The notes beneath the pieces were generated by a model. The model saw only the letters and a list, made by a program, of their open reading frames with translations. It was not told the DNA's origin and ran no database searches. Shown here piece after piece: positions 37,405 to 47,360 of a stretch of 64,000 nucleotides of DNA; within the stretch, counting starts at the first letter, position 1; each line of letters starts with the position of its first letter. This DNA comes from Candidatus Pacearchaeota archaeon. Lineage in GTDB: Archaea; Nanobdellota; Nanobdellia; Pacearchaeales; GW2011-AR1. The translations under genes and the position numbers were made by a program. The DNA lies in NCBI GenBank assembly GCA_017608405.1, contig JAFCFX010000001.1:7667-71666 (forward strand), in the 5' to 3' direction.

Positions 37405-38853
37405 TTAATATGATTTGCCCACATAAACAACAACATCTGCTTTTTTGTTGCAGATTATGCATTTTCCTGTGGCTTTTTCATTTTTGCTTGCCAAAGTTCC
37501 CCGCACTTCTGCATTTATTTGCTTTTCAATTATTTCTGCGCATTTTTCCCCTTGAACATCTGTTGAACAGAAATTCACCCTCGCTATTTTCCCAGAATTG
37601 ATTGTCTTTTTTAATTCCTGTTTTGTTTTGCAATTTGTTATTTTTCCTTTTGTAAAATTATCTGCTTTTTTAAGAAGCCTTTTGTCATAGTCTTGACCTA
37701 GTTTTGTTAATTTTGATAATTGGGTTATATTTATTTTTTCTTTTTTTCCAGAATCTCTTGTGAAAAGAGTTAAAGATTTATTTTTTAGCTCTTGTTCCCC
37801 AATTTCTAACCTAAATGGAACCCCCTTTAATTCATATTCATTGTATTTTTCTCCAGGACGTTTTTCACTTGCGTCTATTTCTGTTTTTATTTTTAGAGTT
37901 TCTAGTGCTGATTTTATTTTTTCTGATTCTTTAAGTATTTTATTCTTGTTTTTGGTTGAATAAATTGGGATGATTATTACTTGAATAGGCGAAATGCAAA
38001 AAGGAAGGATGAGTCCTTTATTGTCTCCATGTTGGGAGATTATTGAAACAAGGATTCTTGACATTGCTGGTCCATAAGCTGTTGTGTAAAGATATTCTTC
38101 AGATCCAGATTCAGTTTTAAATTTAGCTTCAAAAGCTCTTGAGAATTTCTGCCCCATCATGTGTGTGGAAGGTTGTTGAATTAATTTATTATCTGGCATT
38201 AAAACATCTGAGCCAACAGTATATTCTGCTCCTGCAAATTTATCCCATGATGGTCTTTTCATGGCAAAGAACGGAATTCCAAGATTTTGATGCATTATTT
38301 TTTCTGTTGTGTCTATGTCTTCTTGAACTTGTGCTTCTGCTTGCTTTTTTGTTGCAAATGCATCATGACACTCTACCCATAATATTTCTCTAGTTCTTAT
38401 TAAGGGTCTTGTGGCTTTAGTGTCTAATCTAAATACAGAACCTCTTTGATATAATTTCATTGGCAAGTCTCTATGACTTCTTATCCAGAGTTTAAACATT
38501 GGGGTGTATAGAGTTTCGCTTGTGGGTCTTAGTGCAAGTTTTCCTTCTCCTTTTATTTTTTCTAGCCAAAAAACTTCCGGAGTAAATCCCTTTATGTGGG
38601 AAGATTCTTTTGTTAGGTTTTTTTCTGGAATGACTGTGGGCATAAAAGTTGGTTTGTGGCCCTTGGATTGAATTTCTTTTTCATAGAGTTTATACATGTT
38701 TTCAATAATCATTGCTCCCCAGGGTCTTACAACCATGAATCCTTTTACTTTATTTCTAATGTCTACTATTTCTGCTTTTTCAAGAACTTGAGTGTACCAC
38801 TCACCAAAGTTTTCTTTTTTCACTGTTAATCCTTCTTGCGACTTTTTTGCCAT
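37405..38853 (-). CDS. proS: Prolyl-tRNA synthetase (archaeal-type class II)
   Basis: 482 aa. Class II core with anticodon-binding and C-terminal Zn-binding domain ending ...VVYVGKSY, characteristic of archaeal/eukaryotic ProRS. Confidence 0.8.
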   Translation of the reverse strand: MAKKSQEGLTVKKENFGEWYTQVLEKAEIVDIRNKVKGFMVVRPWGAMIIENMYKLYEKEIQSKGHKPTFMPTVIPEKNLTKESSHIKGFTPEVFWLEKIKGEGKLALRPTSETLYTPMFKLWIRSHRDLPMKLYQRGSVFRLDTKATRPLIRTREILWVECHDAFATKKQAEAQVQEDIDTTEKIMHQNLGIPFFAMKRPSWDKFAGAEYTVGSDVLMPDNKLIQQPSTHMMGQKFSRAFEAKFKTESGSEEYLYTTAYGPAMSRILVSIISQHGDNKGLILPFCISPIQVIIIPIYSTKNKNKILKESEKIKSALETLKIKTEIDASEKRPGEKYNEYELKGVPFRLEIGEQELKNKSLTLFTRDSGKKEKINITQLSKLTKLGQDYDKRLLKKADNFTKGKITNCKTKQELKKTINSGKIARVNFCSTDVQGEKCAEIIEKQINAEVRGTLASKNEKATGKCIICNKKADVVVYVGKSY

Positions 38854-38935
38854 TATAGATAAAAGAAAGTTTGGTATTTAAGATTAACTTTTAGATCATA
38901 GCAATATTTAAAAATATTAAAAGAGATTTTATTTT

Positions 38936-39268
38936 ATGACAGAAATGATTAGGCTTGAGGAGGTTATGGGGGTTAAGAAAGCTTTGGAAGATGGGCAATT
39001 CGTTATTTCTGATAGATATGTTTATGATAAATATATTATGGAAAAGCTTCCTCAATTAAAACAAAATAATTATCCAAAATCTCTGTATGATAATAAAGCT
39101 CCTGGTGAAAATAAATTAGATCATATATTGCCTTGTGCTTATTTATGGGGAAATACTTTTTCTGGAGTTTGTTGGTTAGAGTTTCTACATGATGATAATT
39201 GGTTTGTTCAGAGTTCTCATTTGAAGATAAAAAAATTCTTAAAAATGGAATCTTGTGAAGAATTTTAA
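38936..39268 (+). CDS. Hypothetical protein
   Basis: 110-aa ORF, no motif recognised. Confidence 0.3.
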   Translation: MTEMIRLEEVMGVKKALEDGQFVISDRYVYDKYIMEKLPQLKQNNYPKSLYDNKAPGENKLDHILPCAYLWGNTFSGVCWLEFLHDDNWFVQSSHLKIKKFLKMESCEEF

Positions 39269-40125
39269 ATTAGTGTTTCTCCTAAAAATTCTTCAGATAT
39301 ACTATTTGTAGTGTCTTTTATATAATTTGATTCTAATGCAAATCCTAGGCTTTCTCCCCCACCTATTTTAAAATTGTTTATGCCTATGACTTCTCCTTGT
39401 TTATTTATTAGAGGACCCCCTGAATTTCCGGGATTTAATGCTGCATCTGTTTGAACATATGCTTCTATTTGACTTGGTCCTTGTCTGTGAACTCCAGAAA
39501 CAATTCCTTCTGAGACAGAAAATTGTAATCCAAGGGGATTTCCAATTGCAATTACTTTTTCCCCTATTTGAATATCATTTGAATTACCTAGGCTTAGTTT
39601 TTCGTATCTCCCAGGTATTTTTAATAAAGCTATATCAAATTGTTTATTATATCCAATAAATTCTGCTTCTATGGCTTCTTGATTGTAGGTTAGGGCATAG
39701 ACTTCAGAGCTTCCTGCTAGAACATGAGAATTAGTAACAATGTACCCTTCTGAAGCAATGATGAATCCTGTGCCTTGACCAACATTTGTTCTGATTGTGA
39801 CAACTGATTTTATTGATTCTTCTATTATGCCTGAGAAATCTTCACTTGCTGACGTTTTTAGTAAGTCTACTTCTTGATTAATTGAGCCGAGTTCAACATC
39901 TAGGCTAGATAAACTTTCTTTTGTTTGTATTAGGTTTTTTGTTAGTGAGTTAAATTTGCTTTGTGTGTCTGCTTGAAGTCCTATTATGTCTTTTTCTAGA
40001 CTATTGTAGCTTAGTTGAAGTTGTCCATATAGCACATAAATTAATAAGCTGTTTGCTATTATTGTGAGAATTAAGAATCCACTCACCCCCCCTATCATCC
40101 ATTTATGGTGTCTTTTTAATGGCAT
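39265..40125 (-). CDS. Trypsin-like serine protease (HtrA/DegP family, membrane-anchored, no obvious PDZ)
   Basis: N-terminal TM. Catalytic triad context: TNSHV (His), DIALLKI (Asp), GNSGGPLIN (Ser). Confidence 0.75.
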   Translation of the reverse strand: MPLKRHHKWMIGGVSGFLILTIIANSLLIYVLYGQLQLSYNSLEKDIIGLQADTQSKFNSLTKNLIQTKESLSSLDVELGSINQEVDLLKTSASEDFSGIIEESIKSVVTIRTNVGQGTGFIIASEGYIVTNSHVLAGSSEVYALTYNQEAIEAEFIGYNKQFDIALLKIPGRYEKLSLGNSNDIQIGEKVIAIGNPLGLQFSVSEGIVSGVHRQGPSQIEAYVQTDAALNPGNSGGPLINKQGEVIGINNFKIGGGESLGFALESNYIKDTTNSISEEFLGETLI

Positions 40126-40182
40126 TTTACATTATATACTAAGAAATAACATATAAAAACCTTAAGTTTTTATTTAGATTAA

Positions 40183-40254
40183 GGGCGCATAGTTTAATGG
40201 ATAGAATTTCCGGTTTCGGCCCGGTTGGTGGAGGTTCGATCCCTCCTGCGCCCG
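40183..40254 (+). tRNA. tRNA-Arg (anticodon UCG), no intron
   Basis: GGGCGCA-TA-GTTT-AATGGATA-GAAT ... TCCGG-TTTCGGC-CCGGT ... GGAGG-TTCGATC-CCTCC-TGCGCCC-G. Anticodon assignment is moderately confident; position 27.43 is mismatched. Confidence 0.6.
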
Positions 40255-40262
40255 TTTTTAAA

Positions 40263-41528
40263 ATGAAAAAATCAAAAGCAGTTCCAGGAGATTATGTAGA
40301 AGTGCATTTGACTAGATTAATTTATGAAGGAGTTCTTTTGGAAGTTCCTGAGTCTGAGAAATCTATGATCTTGTTGAAGTTGGATAATGGATACAATATT
40401 GGATTGTCTAAAAAAGATATTTTAGAGATTAAGCTTATTAAAAGAGCTAAAGAAGAAAAAAGTAAAATTGAAATAAAAAAAGATCCAGGTAAGCCAAATA
40501 TTGCCATGATTATTACCGGGGGAACAATTGCCGCAAGACTAAATCCAAGAAAAGGGGGGGTGGATTGGTTGACAAGTTCTGAGGATTTGTTTAAATTTTA
40601 TCCTGAATTATTTGAAAAGGTTAATGTTTCTAGGGTTGAAATTCCTTTTATGAAAGCTTCTGAAGATATGGATTTTAAAGATTGGCAAAAGCTTGCGCGA
40701 GTTGTTCAAAAGTTATTGAATGATCAACAGATTAAAGGAGTCGTAATTACCCATGGAACTGATTTTTTACATTATACTGCTGAAGCTTTGTCTTTCTTTT
40801 TGAGGGATTTGAATAAGCCAGTTGTTTTAACTTATAGCCAGAGATCTATTGATAGGGCTTCAAGTGATGCTAATTTAAATTTGCAGTGTTCTGCTTTGGC
40901 TGCGATTTCAAATATTGCTGAGGTTATGCTTGTTGGCCATGCTAATTCTAATGATGATTTTTGTTATGCAATGCCTGGAACGAAAGTAAGAAAACTTCAT
41001 TCTTCTAGGAGAGATGCTTTTAGAGTTGTTAATTCTAAGGTTTTTGCTAAGATTTTTAGTAGTAAAATGGAAATTTTAAGTGAGCATAAAATTAGAAATA
41101 AAGGGAAAGTTAAACTAGATTTGGATTTTGAAGACAAAGTCGCGTTAGTTAAATTTTATCCAGGGCAAGATCCAGACATACTGGATTATTATGTTAAAAA
41201 AAAGTATAAAGGAATAGTCTTAGAGATGGGGGGATTGGGGCATGTTGCGACTAAAAGGGCTAGAAATTCTTGGACAAAGAAGTTAACAGAAGTTCAGAAA
41301 AAGGGTTTGATTGTTTGTGCTACTGCCCAGACAATTAATGGAAGATTAGATCCTTTGGTTTATTCTAATGGTAGGGAATTGTTAGAGACAGGAATTATCT
41401 ATCTAGAAGATATGTTGAGTGAGACAGCCTTAATTAAGTTAAGTTGGGTTTTAGGACATAAAGATTGGAATGTTAAAGAAAAAATGTTAGAAAATGTTTC
41501 TAAAGAATTTGGGGATAGATTGGGGTGA
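40263..41528 (+). CDS. gatD: Glu-tRNA(Gln) amidotransferase subunit D (GatD)
   Basis: Asparaginase-like domain with IITGGTIA and THGTDFL motifs after a GatD-specific N-terminal domain. The track ORF begins inside the tRNA; the internal ATG at 40263 (MKKSKAV...) is the plausible start. Confidence 0.75.
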   Translation: MKKSKAVPGDYVEVHLTRLIYEGVLLEVPESEKSMILLKLDNGYNIGLSKKDILEIKLIKRAKEEKSKIEIKKDPGKPNIAMIITGGTIAARLNPRKGGVDWLTSSEDLFKFYPELFEKVNVSRVEIPFMKASEDMDFKDWQKLARVVQKLLNDQQIKGVVITHGTDFLHYTAEALSFFLRDLNKPVVLTYSQRSIDRASSDANLNLQCSALAAISNIAEVMLVGHANSNDDFCYAMPGTKVRKLHSSRRDAFRVVNSKVFAKIFSSKMEILSEHKIRNKGKVKLDLDFEDKVALVKFYPGQDPDILDYYVKKKYKGIVLEMGGLGHVATKRARNSWTKKLTEVQKKGLIVCATAQTINGRLDPLVYSNGRELLETGIIYLEDMLSETALIKLSWVLGHKDWNVKEKMLENVSKEFGDRLG

Positions 41529-41960
41529 TTATTTTTTATATTTTCTTCTTAATATTAGATTCTTAATTTCCCGAATTTCTTTTTCTGCTTTTTTATTTAT
41601 TTTATAATCAAATTCTGCTTTTGCTCTATCTCTCTGGGTTTGTCTGTTCTGGCTCATTAATATGATTGGTGCTTGGATAGCTGCAAGGCAAGATAATGCT
41701 AGATTTAATAAGATAAATGGGTATGGATCAAAAGCTCCTGTTTGTTTGTATTGGATTAGATAATATCCATTGATAAACATCCATGCACCAATAAAAATGA
41801 AGAAAATTATTATAAATGTCCAGCTTCCTGCCCAATTTGTGATCTTATCTGATGCTTTTTGTCCAAAGGTTCTTGGCCCCCTAAAAATTGGATGTTTTAA
41901 TTTAAAGAAGAGTTTTTCTCTTAATTCTTTTTTTGCTTTCTTTTCTTCATCCTTTTTCAT
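41529..41960 (-). CDS. Membrane protein, DUF1003-like
   Basis: Two TM helices (WTFIIIFFIFIGAWMFINGYY, FILLNLALSCLAAIQAPIILMSQNR) flanked by charged helical regions. Confidence 0.45.
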   Translation of the reverse strand: MKKDEEKKAKKELREKLFFKLKHPIFRGPRTFGQKASDKITNWAGSWTFIIIFFIFIGAWMFINGYYLIQYKQTGAFDPYPFILLNLALSCLAAIQAPIILMSQNRQTQRDRAKAEFDYKINKKAEKEIREIKNLILRRKYKK

Positions 41961-42031
41961 ATTTATACAGGGAAAAGGTTTTTTATAAACTTTACCAAAA
42001 AAGTAATAAACTCTTTTGTTTTGTTAGCTTA

Positions 42032-43471
42032 ATGCAGTTAGATTATGAAAAACTTGGATTTAAGTCAGGATTAGAAATTCACCAGCAGCTTGATACCAAT
42101 AAACTATTTTGTAATTGTCCTTTTTTGTTAAGAAAAGATGAACCTGATTTTGAAATTAAAAGAAGACTTCATGCAGTAGCAGGAGAGAGCGGAAAAGTTG
42201 ATATAGCTGCCAAACACGAAGCTAGTTTAGACAAGGATTTTATTTATCAAGGATATGATACTACTTGTTTAGTTGAGTTAGATGAAGAACCGCCTCACGA
42301 AATTAATTCAGAAGCTTTGGAAATAGCTTTACATATTTCTTTATTATTAAATTGTGAGATTCAGCCAATTACCCAGGTAATGCGAAAAACAGTTATTGAT
42401 GGTTCTAATACTTCTGGTTTTCAGAGAACCGTTATGATAGCAAGGGATGGTTATATTGAAACAAGTAAAGGTAAGGTGGGTATCTGGTATATTTATTTAG
42501 AAGAAGATGCTGCTAGAACAATTAGTGAGGACGAGAATTCTAAAACTTATAGGTTAGATAGATTGGGGGGTCCGATGGTTGAAGTTGTGACAGCTCCAGA
42601 TATAAAAGATGCAGAACATGTAAAAGAAGTTGCTTTGAAAATAGGAGATATTTTAAGGAGTTGTAAAGTTAAAAGAGGTATTGGAACAATTAGACAAGAT
42701 ATTAATGTTTCAATAAGAGGGCACCCAAGAGCTGAAATTAAGGGTTTTCAGGATCCAAAGGTATTTCTTGAAGTTGTGAATAAAGAGATTGAAAGGCAAT
42801 TAGGAAATGTAGGAAAAAAAATAAAAACAAAGCCAGAGGTAAGAGGAGCAAATGAAGACAATACAACTAAATTTCTAAGACCAATGCCAGGAGCAGCTAG
42901 GATGTATCCTGAGACAGATCTTCCTATTTTAAAGATTTCTCAACAAGTGATTAATCAGGCTAAGAAATCTCTTCCTATGTTAAGAAGTGACTTACAATCT
43001 GAATTAAGAAAAGAAGGGCTTAGTGAAGAGTATATTAGGATGTTGTTTAAGCAAAACAAGATCGAAGAATATAAGGAACTTTTAGAAGTAATTAATAAGC
43101 CCCAGTTAATTGCAAAGACTCTTTTGGTTTTTCCAAAAGATATTGCTAAAAGAAAAAATAAATCTTTAGCAGAAGTTGAAAAGATTTTAGAAGATAATTA
43201 TAATGGTGTTTTTTATTTAGTCAAAAGAAGACAAATTTCTGAGTCTCATGTTAAAGATGTTTTAAGTGCTATTGTTGATGGAAAGGGCTTAGATGATGCA
43301 ATTAAACTTGAGAAAGTAGATATTGGTGATGTTGAGGAAAAAATCCATAAGATTATTAAGGAAAAACCAGGACTTTCTGAAAAAGCTTATATGGGGTTAG
43401 TTATGAAGGAATTTAAGGGTCAGATTGATGGTAAACAAGTTATGGAGATAATTAAGAAATTTGTAAAATAA
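42032..43471 (+). CDS. gatE: Glu-tRNA(Gln) amidotransferase subunit E (GatE)
   Basis: Start at internal ATG 42032. GLEIHQQLDTNKLFCNCP is the GatB/GatE N-terminal signature; 480 aa with the GatE-type insertion and C-terminal YqeY-like tail. Confidence 0.7.
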   Translation: MQLDYEKLGFKSGLEIHQQLDTNKLFCNCPFLLRKDEPDFEIKRRLHAVAGESGKVDIAAKHEASLDKDFIYQGYDTTCLVELDEEPPHEINSEALEIALHISLLLNCEIQPITQVMRKTVIDGSNTSGFQRTVMIARDGYIETSKGKVGIWYIYLEEDAARTISEDENSKTYRLDRLGGPMVEVVTAPDIKDAEHVKEVALKIGDILRSCKVKRGIGTIRQDINVSIRGHPRAEIKGFQDPKVFLEVVNKEIERQLGNVGKKIKTKPEVRGANEDNTTKFLRPMPGAARMYPETDLPILKISQQVINQAKKSLPMLRSDLQSELRKEGLSEEYIRMLFKQNKIEEYKELLEVINKPQLIAKTLLVFPKDIAKRKNKSLAEVEKILEDNYNGVFYLVKRRQISESHVKDVLSAIVDGKGLDDAIKLEKVDIGDVEEKIHKIIKEKPGLSEKAYMGLVMKEFKGQIDGKQVMEIIKKFVK

Positions 43472-43483
43472 GTTTATTTGATA

Positions 43484-44839
43484 TTATTTTAATTTTTTTT
43501 CTAAGATTTCTTTGGCTATTTTAAAGTCAGCTCTTTTGTTTGTCAATCTCATAATTTGTCCGACTAAAAAATTAATTGCCCAAGATTTTCCATTTTTGTA
43601 ATCTTCTACTGCTTTTTTGTTTTCTTTTATAACTTTTATAGCTAATTTTTCTATTTCTTGTTTTCCTGAAATTGTTGAATGTTTTTTAAGATCTTTTTTT
43701 GGTGAAAAAGATTTTGGAATAAATTTTCTTAAAATTTCTTGTGCTTTGAGTTCTGTTATTTCTTTTTTCTCTATTAAGTTTAACAGTTCTATGAAATGTT
43801 CTGGTTGTATGTTGACTTCATCTAGTTCTTTTTTATTGTAGTTTAAAATGTTGAGCAGTTCCACAATTACCCAGCGTATTGCTAGGCTTGGATCTGATTT
43901 TTCTATTATTTTTTCAAAAAATTCAACAATTTCTATTTTCTTAGTTAGAATTTGAGCATATTTTTTTCCTACTTTGTATTTTTTAATTAATTTTTCTAGT
44001 TTTGTTTTTGGTGTTTCTGGTAAAGATGCTTTTAGACTTTGTATTCTTTTTTTATTTATTTTTATTGTTGGAAGATCGGGGTCAGAAATAAATCTATAAT
44101 CTTGAGCTTCTTCTTTCGATCTCATTTTGGCTGTTGTTTTTCTTGATTCATCATATCTTCTTGTTTCTTGTTTTCTTGGTAAATCTTTATGTTGCCTTTT
44201 GATTTCATATTCGATTGCATTTTTTATGTTGTTTAGGCTGTTGATGTTTTTTACTTCTACTCTTTCTCCACCTTTAATTGATATATTTACATCTGCTTTT
44301 AATCCTGCAAATTTATCAATTGTTTTTATATAACTTAAAACAGAAATTAGTTCTTTTAACCATTCTATTACTTGTGTTGAATTTTTAAAATCTGGTTCTG
44401 TTACAATTTCTATTAAAGGGGATCCTGAACGATTATAGTCAATTCCTCCTGTTTTTGGGTTCCATGCTGCAGGGTCTTCTTCTAAATGAACTTCTGTTAT
44501 TTTTATTCCTAAAAATTTTCCTTTTTCTCCATTTGGAATTGCATGGGGGCCAGACATTGTATTTTGATATCCTTTTGGCAGATCTGGCCAATCATAATGT
44601 TTCCTTTGCCAAGTTATTTTTTCATTGATTTTGCACCCTAAAATTAGGGCTATTTTAATTGCCTTATCTAGTGCTTCTTTATTTGGGAGTAGGGGTTTGG
44701 CTCCTGGTTGTCCTGTACAAATTGGACAAATATTTATATTTGGTTTTGAATGTTTGATTCCGTGTTCAGCTTTGCATGTACAAAATAATTTTTCTTTTGT
44801 TGCAATATAACCATGAATTTCTAAACCTATTTTTGCCAT
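43484..44839 (-). CDS. gatB: Asp/Glu-tRNA amidotransferase subunit B (GatB)
   Basis: IGLEIHGYIATKEKLFCTC...ICPICTGQPGAKP...RKHYDWPDLPKGYQ are conserved GatB blocks; 451 aa. Confidence 0.8.
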   Translation of the reverse strand: MAKIGLEIHGYIATKEKLFCTCKAEHGIKHSKPNINICPICTGQPGAKPLLPNKEALDKAIKIALILGCKINEKITWQRKHYDWPDLPKGYQNTMSGPHAIPNGEKGKFLGIKITEVHLEEDPAAWNPKTGGIDYNRSGSPLIEIVTEPDFKNSTQVIEWLKELISVLSYIKTIDKFAGLKADVNISIKGGERVEVKNINSLNNIKNAIEYEIKRQHKDLPRKQETRRYDESRKTTAKMRSKEEAQDYRFISDPDLPTIKINKKRIQSLKASLPETPKTKLEKLIKKYKVGKKYAQILTKKIEIVEFFEKIIEKSDPSLAIRWVIVELLNILNYNKKELDEVNIQPEHFIELLNLIEKKEITELKAQEILRKFIPKSFSPKKDLKKHSTISGKQEIEKLAIKVIKENKKAVEDYKNGKSWAINFLVGQIMRLTNKRADFKIAKEILEKKLK

Positions 44840-44925
44840 AATTGTTTGACGGGCTAGTTATTTAATAAACTTTTTATTCTGTGCTTTTAGCAAAGATTTA
44901 TAAATTATTTCTCTAGATTATCTTT

Positions 44926-45990
44926 ATGGTAAAATCAAGAATTTTGTTAATAAAAACAGGCGGAACAATAGCGCAAAAACCAGATGTAAATGGAGTTCTA
45001 AATGTTTCTTCTGCTGATTATCTTATAAAAGTGGGGGGTTTGAGAGATCTAGCGAATGTAGATGTAAAAGATGTGGGATCTATCGATAGTACAGATATGG
45101 AAACAAATTTACGATTTGAAAATTCTGGAGATAAAGGGAAAGATAGGGCAGCAATTGCAGGGGAAATTTATAAAAATGCTTCAAAATATGATGGTTTTGT
45201 TGTTGTTCATGGCACAGACACAATGGTTGAAACAGCTGCCGCATTAACTTATATGCTTCCTAATTTTAGAAAGCCGATTGTATTGACTGGCTCTCAAAGA
45301 TCTGCTTGGGTTCCTAGGAGTGATGGCCCTAATAATGTTTTTACTGCAGTGCAAACAGCTACAAAAGATTTGGGAGAGGTTGCGGTTGTCTTTGGAAATT
45401 ATGTTTTAAGAGGAACACGTGCTAAAAAAATTGATGAAGAAGGTTTTGATGCTTTTCATAGTCCAGGTGTTGAACCTATTGGAAAAGTAATTGCCTTAGA
45501 AGAGGGGGTAAGACTCGCTCCACACGCAATCAAAAGAAAGAAGTTTAGACCCAAATTATTTACAGATTTTGATACAAGAGTTTTTAATTATGATCATGTT
45601 TCTGGAGCTACTATAGATGGCGTTTTAAATGATATTGCTAAAGGTAATGAAGTACAAGGCATTTTAATGGGGGGTTTTGGTGCAGGGAATATTCCAAGCA
45701 GATTACTTGGATTTATTAAAACTGCTAAGGAAAACTATAAACCTGTTTATGTTTATACAAAATGTGATATTGGTGCTGCAGACATGGGACTTTATGCTGT
45801 GGGGGCTGCACCTTTGCAAGCAGGAGCTATTCCTGCAGGAGACATGACCCCAGAAGCTTTAGGTCAGAAACTGATGTGTGCTTTGGGGATAGGGAGAAAA
45901 TTCAAAGGCCAGAAAAGGTTAGATTTTATAGAGTCGCTTATAAGAACTCCCTTTAATGGGGATATTACTGTTACAGAAGCAAGGAAATAA
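44926..45990 (+). CDS. L-asparaginase (type I-like; GatD-related)
   Basis: IKTGGTIA and VVHGTDTM motifs; 354 aa without the GatD N-terminal domain. Confidence 0.7.
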   Translation: MVKSRILLIKTGGTIAQKPDVNGVLNVSSADYLIKVGGLRDLANVDVKDVGSIDSTDMETNLRFENSGDKGKDRAAIAGEIYKNASKYDGFVVVHGTDTMVETAAALTYMLPNFRKPIVLTGSQRSAWVPRSDGPNNVFTAVQTATKDLGEVAVVFGNYVLRGTRAKKIDEEGFDAFHSPGVEPIGKVIALEEGVRLAPHAIKRKKFRPKLFTDFDTRVFNYDHVSGATIDGVLNDIAKGNEVQGILMGGFGAGNIPSRLLGFIKTAKENYKPVYVYTKCDIGAADMGLYAVGAAPLQAGAIPAGDMTPEALGQKLMCALGIGRKFKGQKRLDFIESLIRTPFNGDITVTEARK

Positions 45991-46042
45991 TTTTAATTCT
46001 TCTTATAGAAATTATTAAAAACTATTAAACACACTTTTTAAT

Positions 46043-47359
46043 ATGGGGGATTTAAATTTAGACAAGTTTGATAAAAAGAGAAATCTAATAAGAAGTGTTT
46101 TTAGTAATAAGAAAAAAGAAGTGGAAATTGCTGGCTGGGTGTCTAATACCCGTGCATTGGGGAAAATAAGGTTTATTCTTTTAAAGGATTTTTCTGGAGA
46201 AATTCAGATTACTGCAATAAAAGGCAAAACAGATAAAAAAGTTTTTGAGGTAATGGATAAAGTTACAAGAGAATCTGTTGTTTATGTTAGAGGTTCTGTA
46301 AAAGATTCAAAACAAGCGCCAGGAGGGAAAGAAGTTATTCCAAATGAGATAAAAGTTATTGCGGGGGCAGAAAAATTGCCTATTGATGTTTCTGATTTTT
46401 CTAAGACAGATATTTCCAAGAGGCTTGATTATCGGTTTTTAGATTTACATAGAAAAAAGATTCAAGCAATTTTTAAAATACAATCAACAGTTTCAATGGC
46501 TTTTAGAGAATATTTTGTTGATCAAGATTTTATTGAGATGCAGCCTCCTTTGGTTATTGGCTCAAGTAGTGAGGGGGGAACAGAATTATTTGAAGCAAAA
46601 TATTTTGAGAAAAAAGCATATCTTGCACAAAGCCCTCAATTGTATAAGCAAATGGTTGCTTGCTCTATGGAAAAAGCCATGACTATTGCTCCTGTTTGGA
46701 GAGCAGAAAAACATAATACTGTCAGACATTTAAATGAATGTAGGCAAATGGATATTGAGGTGGCCTTTGCAAATACCATGATTGTTATGAAAAAATTAGA
46801 AGAAGTTGTGAAGTATGTTGTTAAAAAAGTTTTAGAAAAAAATAAACCCGAATTAGATTTTTTAGAAATTAAGTTGAAAATTCCTAAAGCAAAATATATG
46901 ACTTTTGCAGAAGCATCTTCTTTGATGAAGAAGAAGAAGGTTCATGTTGGAGAAGACGATTTAACAGGAGAAGCTGAGAAAAAATTAGACGAGTTATTCC
47001 CAGATACAATTGTGTTTGTTTATGATTGGCCTCTTTCTGGTAAACCATTTTATATTATGCCTAAAGATGAAAAGGTTAATGCAAAGTTAAGTGAGGGTTT
47101 TGATGCAGTCTATAAAGGAATGGAGATTTCTTCAGGAGGTCAACGGATTCATCTGCCTGATTTATTAATTTCCAGATTAAAAGCAAAGAAACTCAATATT
47201 AAGAATTTTAAGGCATACATTGATAGTTTTAGATTTGGAGCTCCTCCTCATGCAGGATGGTCAATTGGTCTTGAAAGATTTACTCAAGTTCTTTTAAGTT
47301 TGAAAAATGTTAGGGAGGCTTGCATGTTTCCTAGGGATAGGGACAGGTTGGTTCCTTGA
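46043..47359 (+). CDS. aspS: Aspartyl-tRNA synthetase (archaeal type, class IIb)
   Basis: N-terminal OB anticodon-binding domain, class II motifs (FREYFVDQDFIEMQPP; GGTELF; GAPPHAGWSIGLERF); 438 aa. Confidence 0.7.
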   Translation: MGDLNLDKFDKKRNLIRSVFSNKKKEVEIAGWVSNTRALGKIRFILLKDFSGEIQITAIKGKTDKKVFEVMDKVTRESVVYVRGSVKDSKQAPGGKEVIPNEIKVIAGAEKLPIDVSDFSKTDISKRLDYRFLDLHRKKIQAIFKIQSTVSMAFREYFVDQDFIEMQPPLVIGSSSEGGTELFEAKYFEKKAYLAQSPQLYKQMVACSMEKAMTIAPVWRAEKHNTVRHLNECRQMDIEVAFANTMIVMKKLEEVVKYVVKKVLEKNKPELDFLEIKLKIPKAKYMTFAEASSLMKKKKVHVGEDDLTGEAEKKLDELFPDTIVFVYDWPLSGKPFYIMPKDEKVNAKLSEGFDAVYKGMEISSGGQRIHLPDLLISRLKAKKLNIKNFKAYIDSFRFGAPPHAGWSIGLERFTQVLLSLKNVREACMFPRDRDRLVP

Positions 47360-47360
47360 A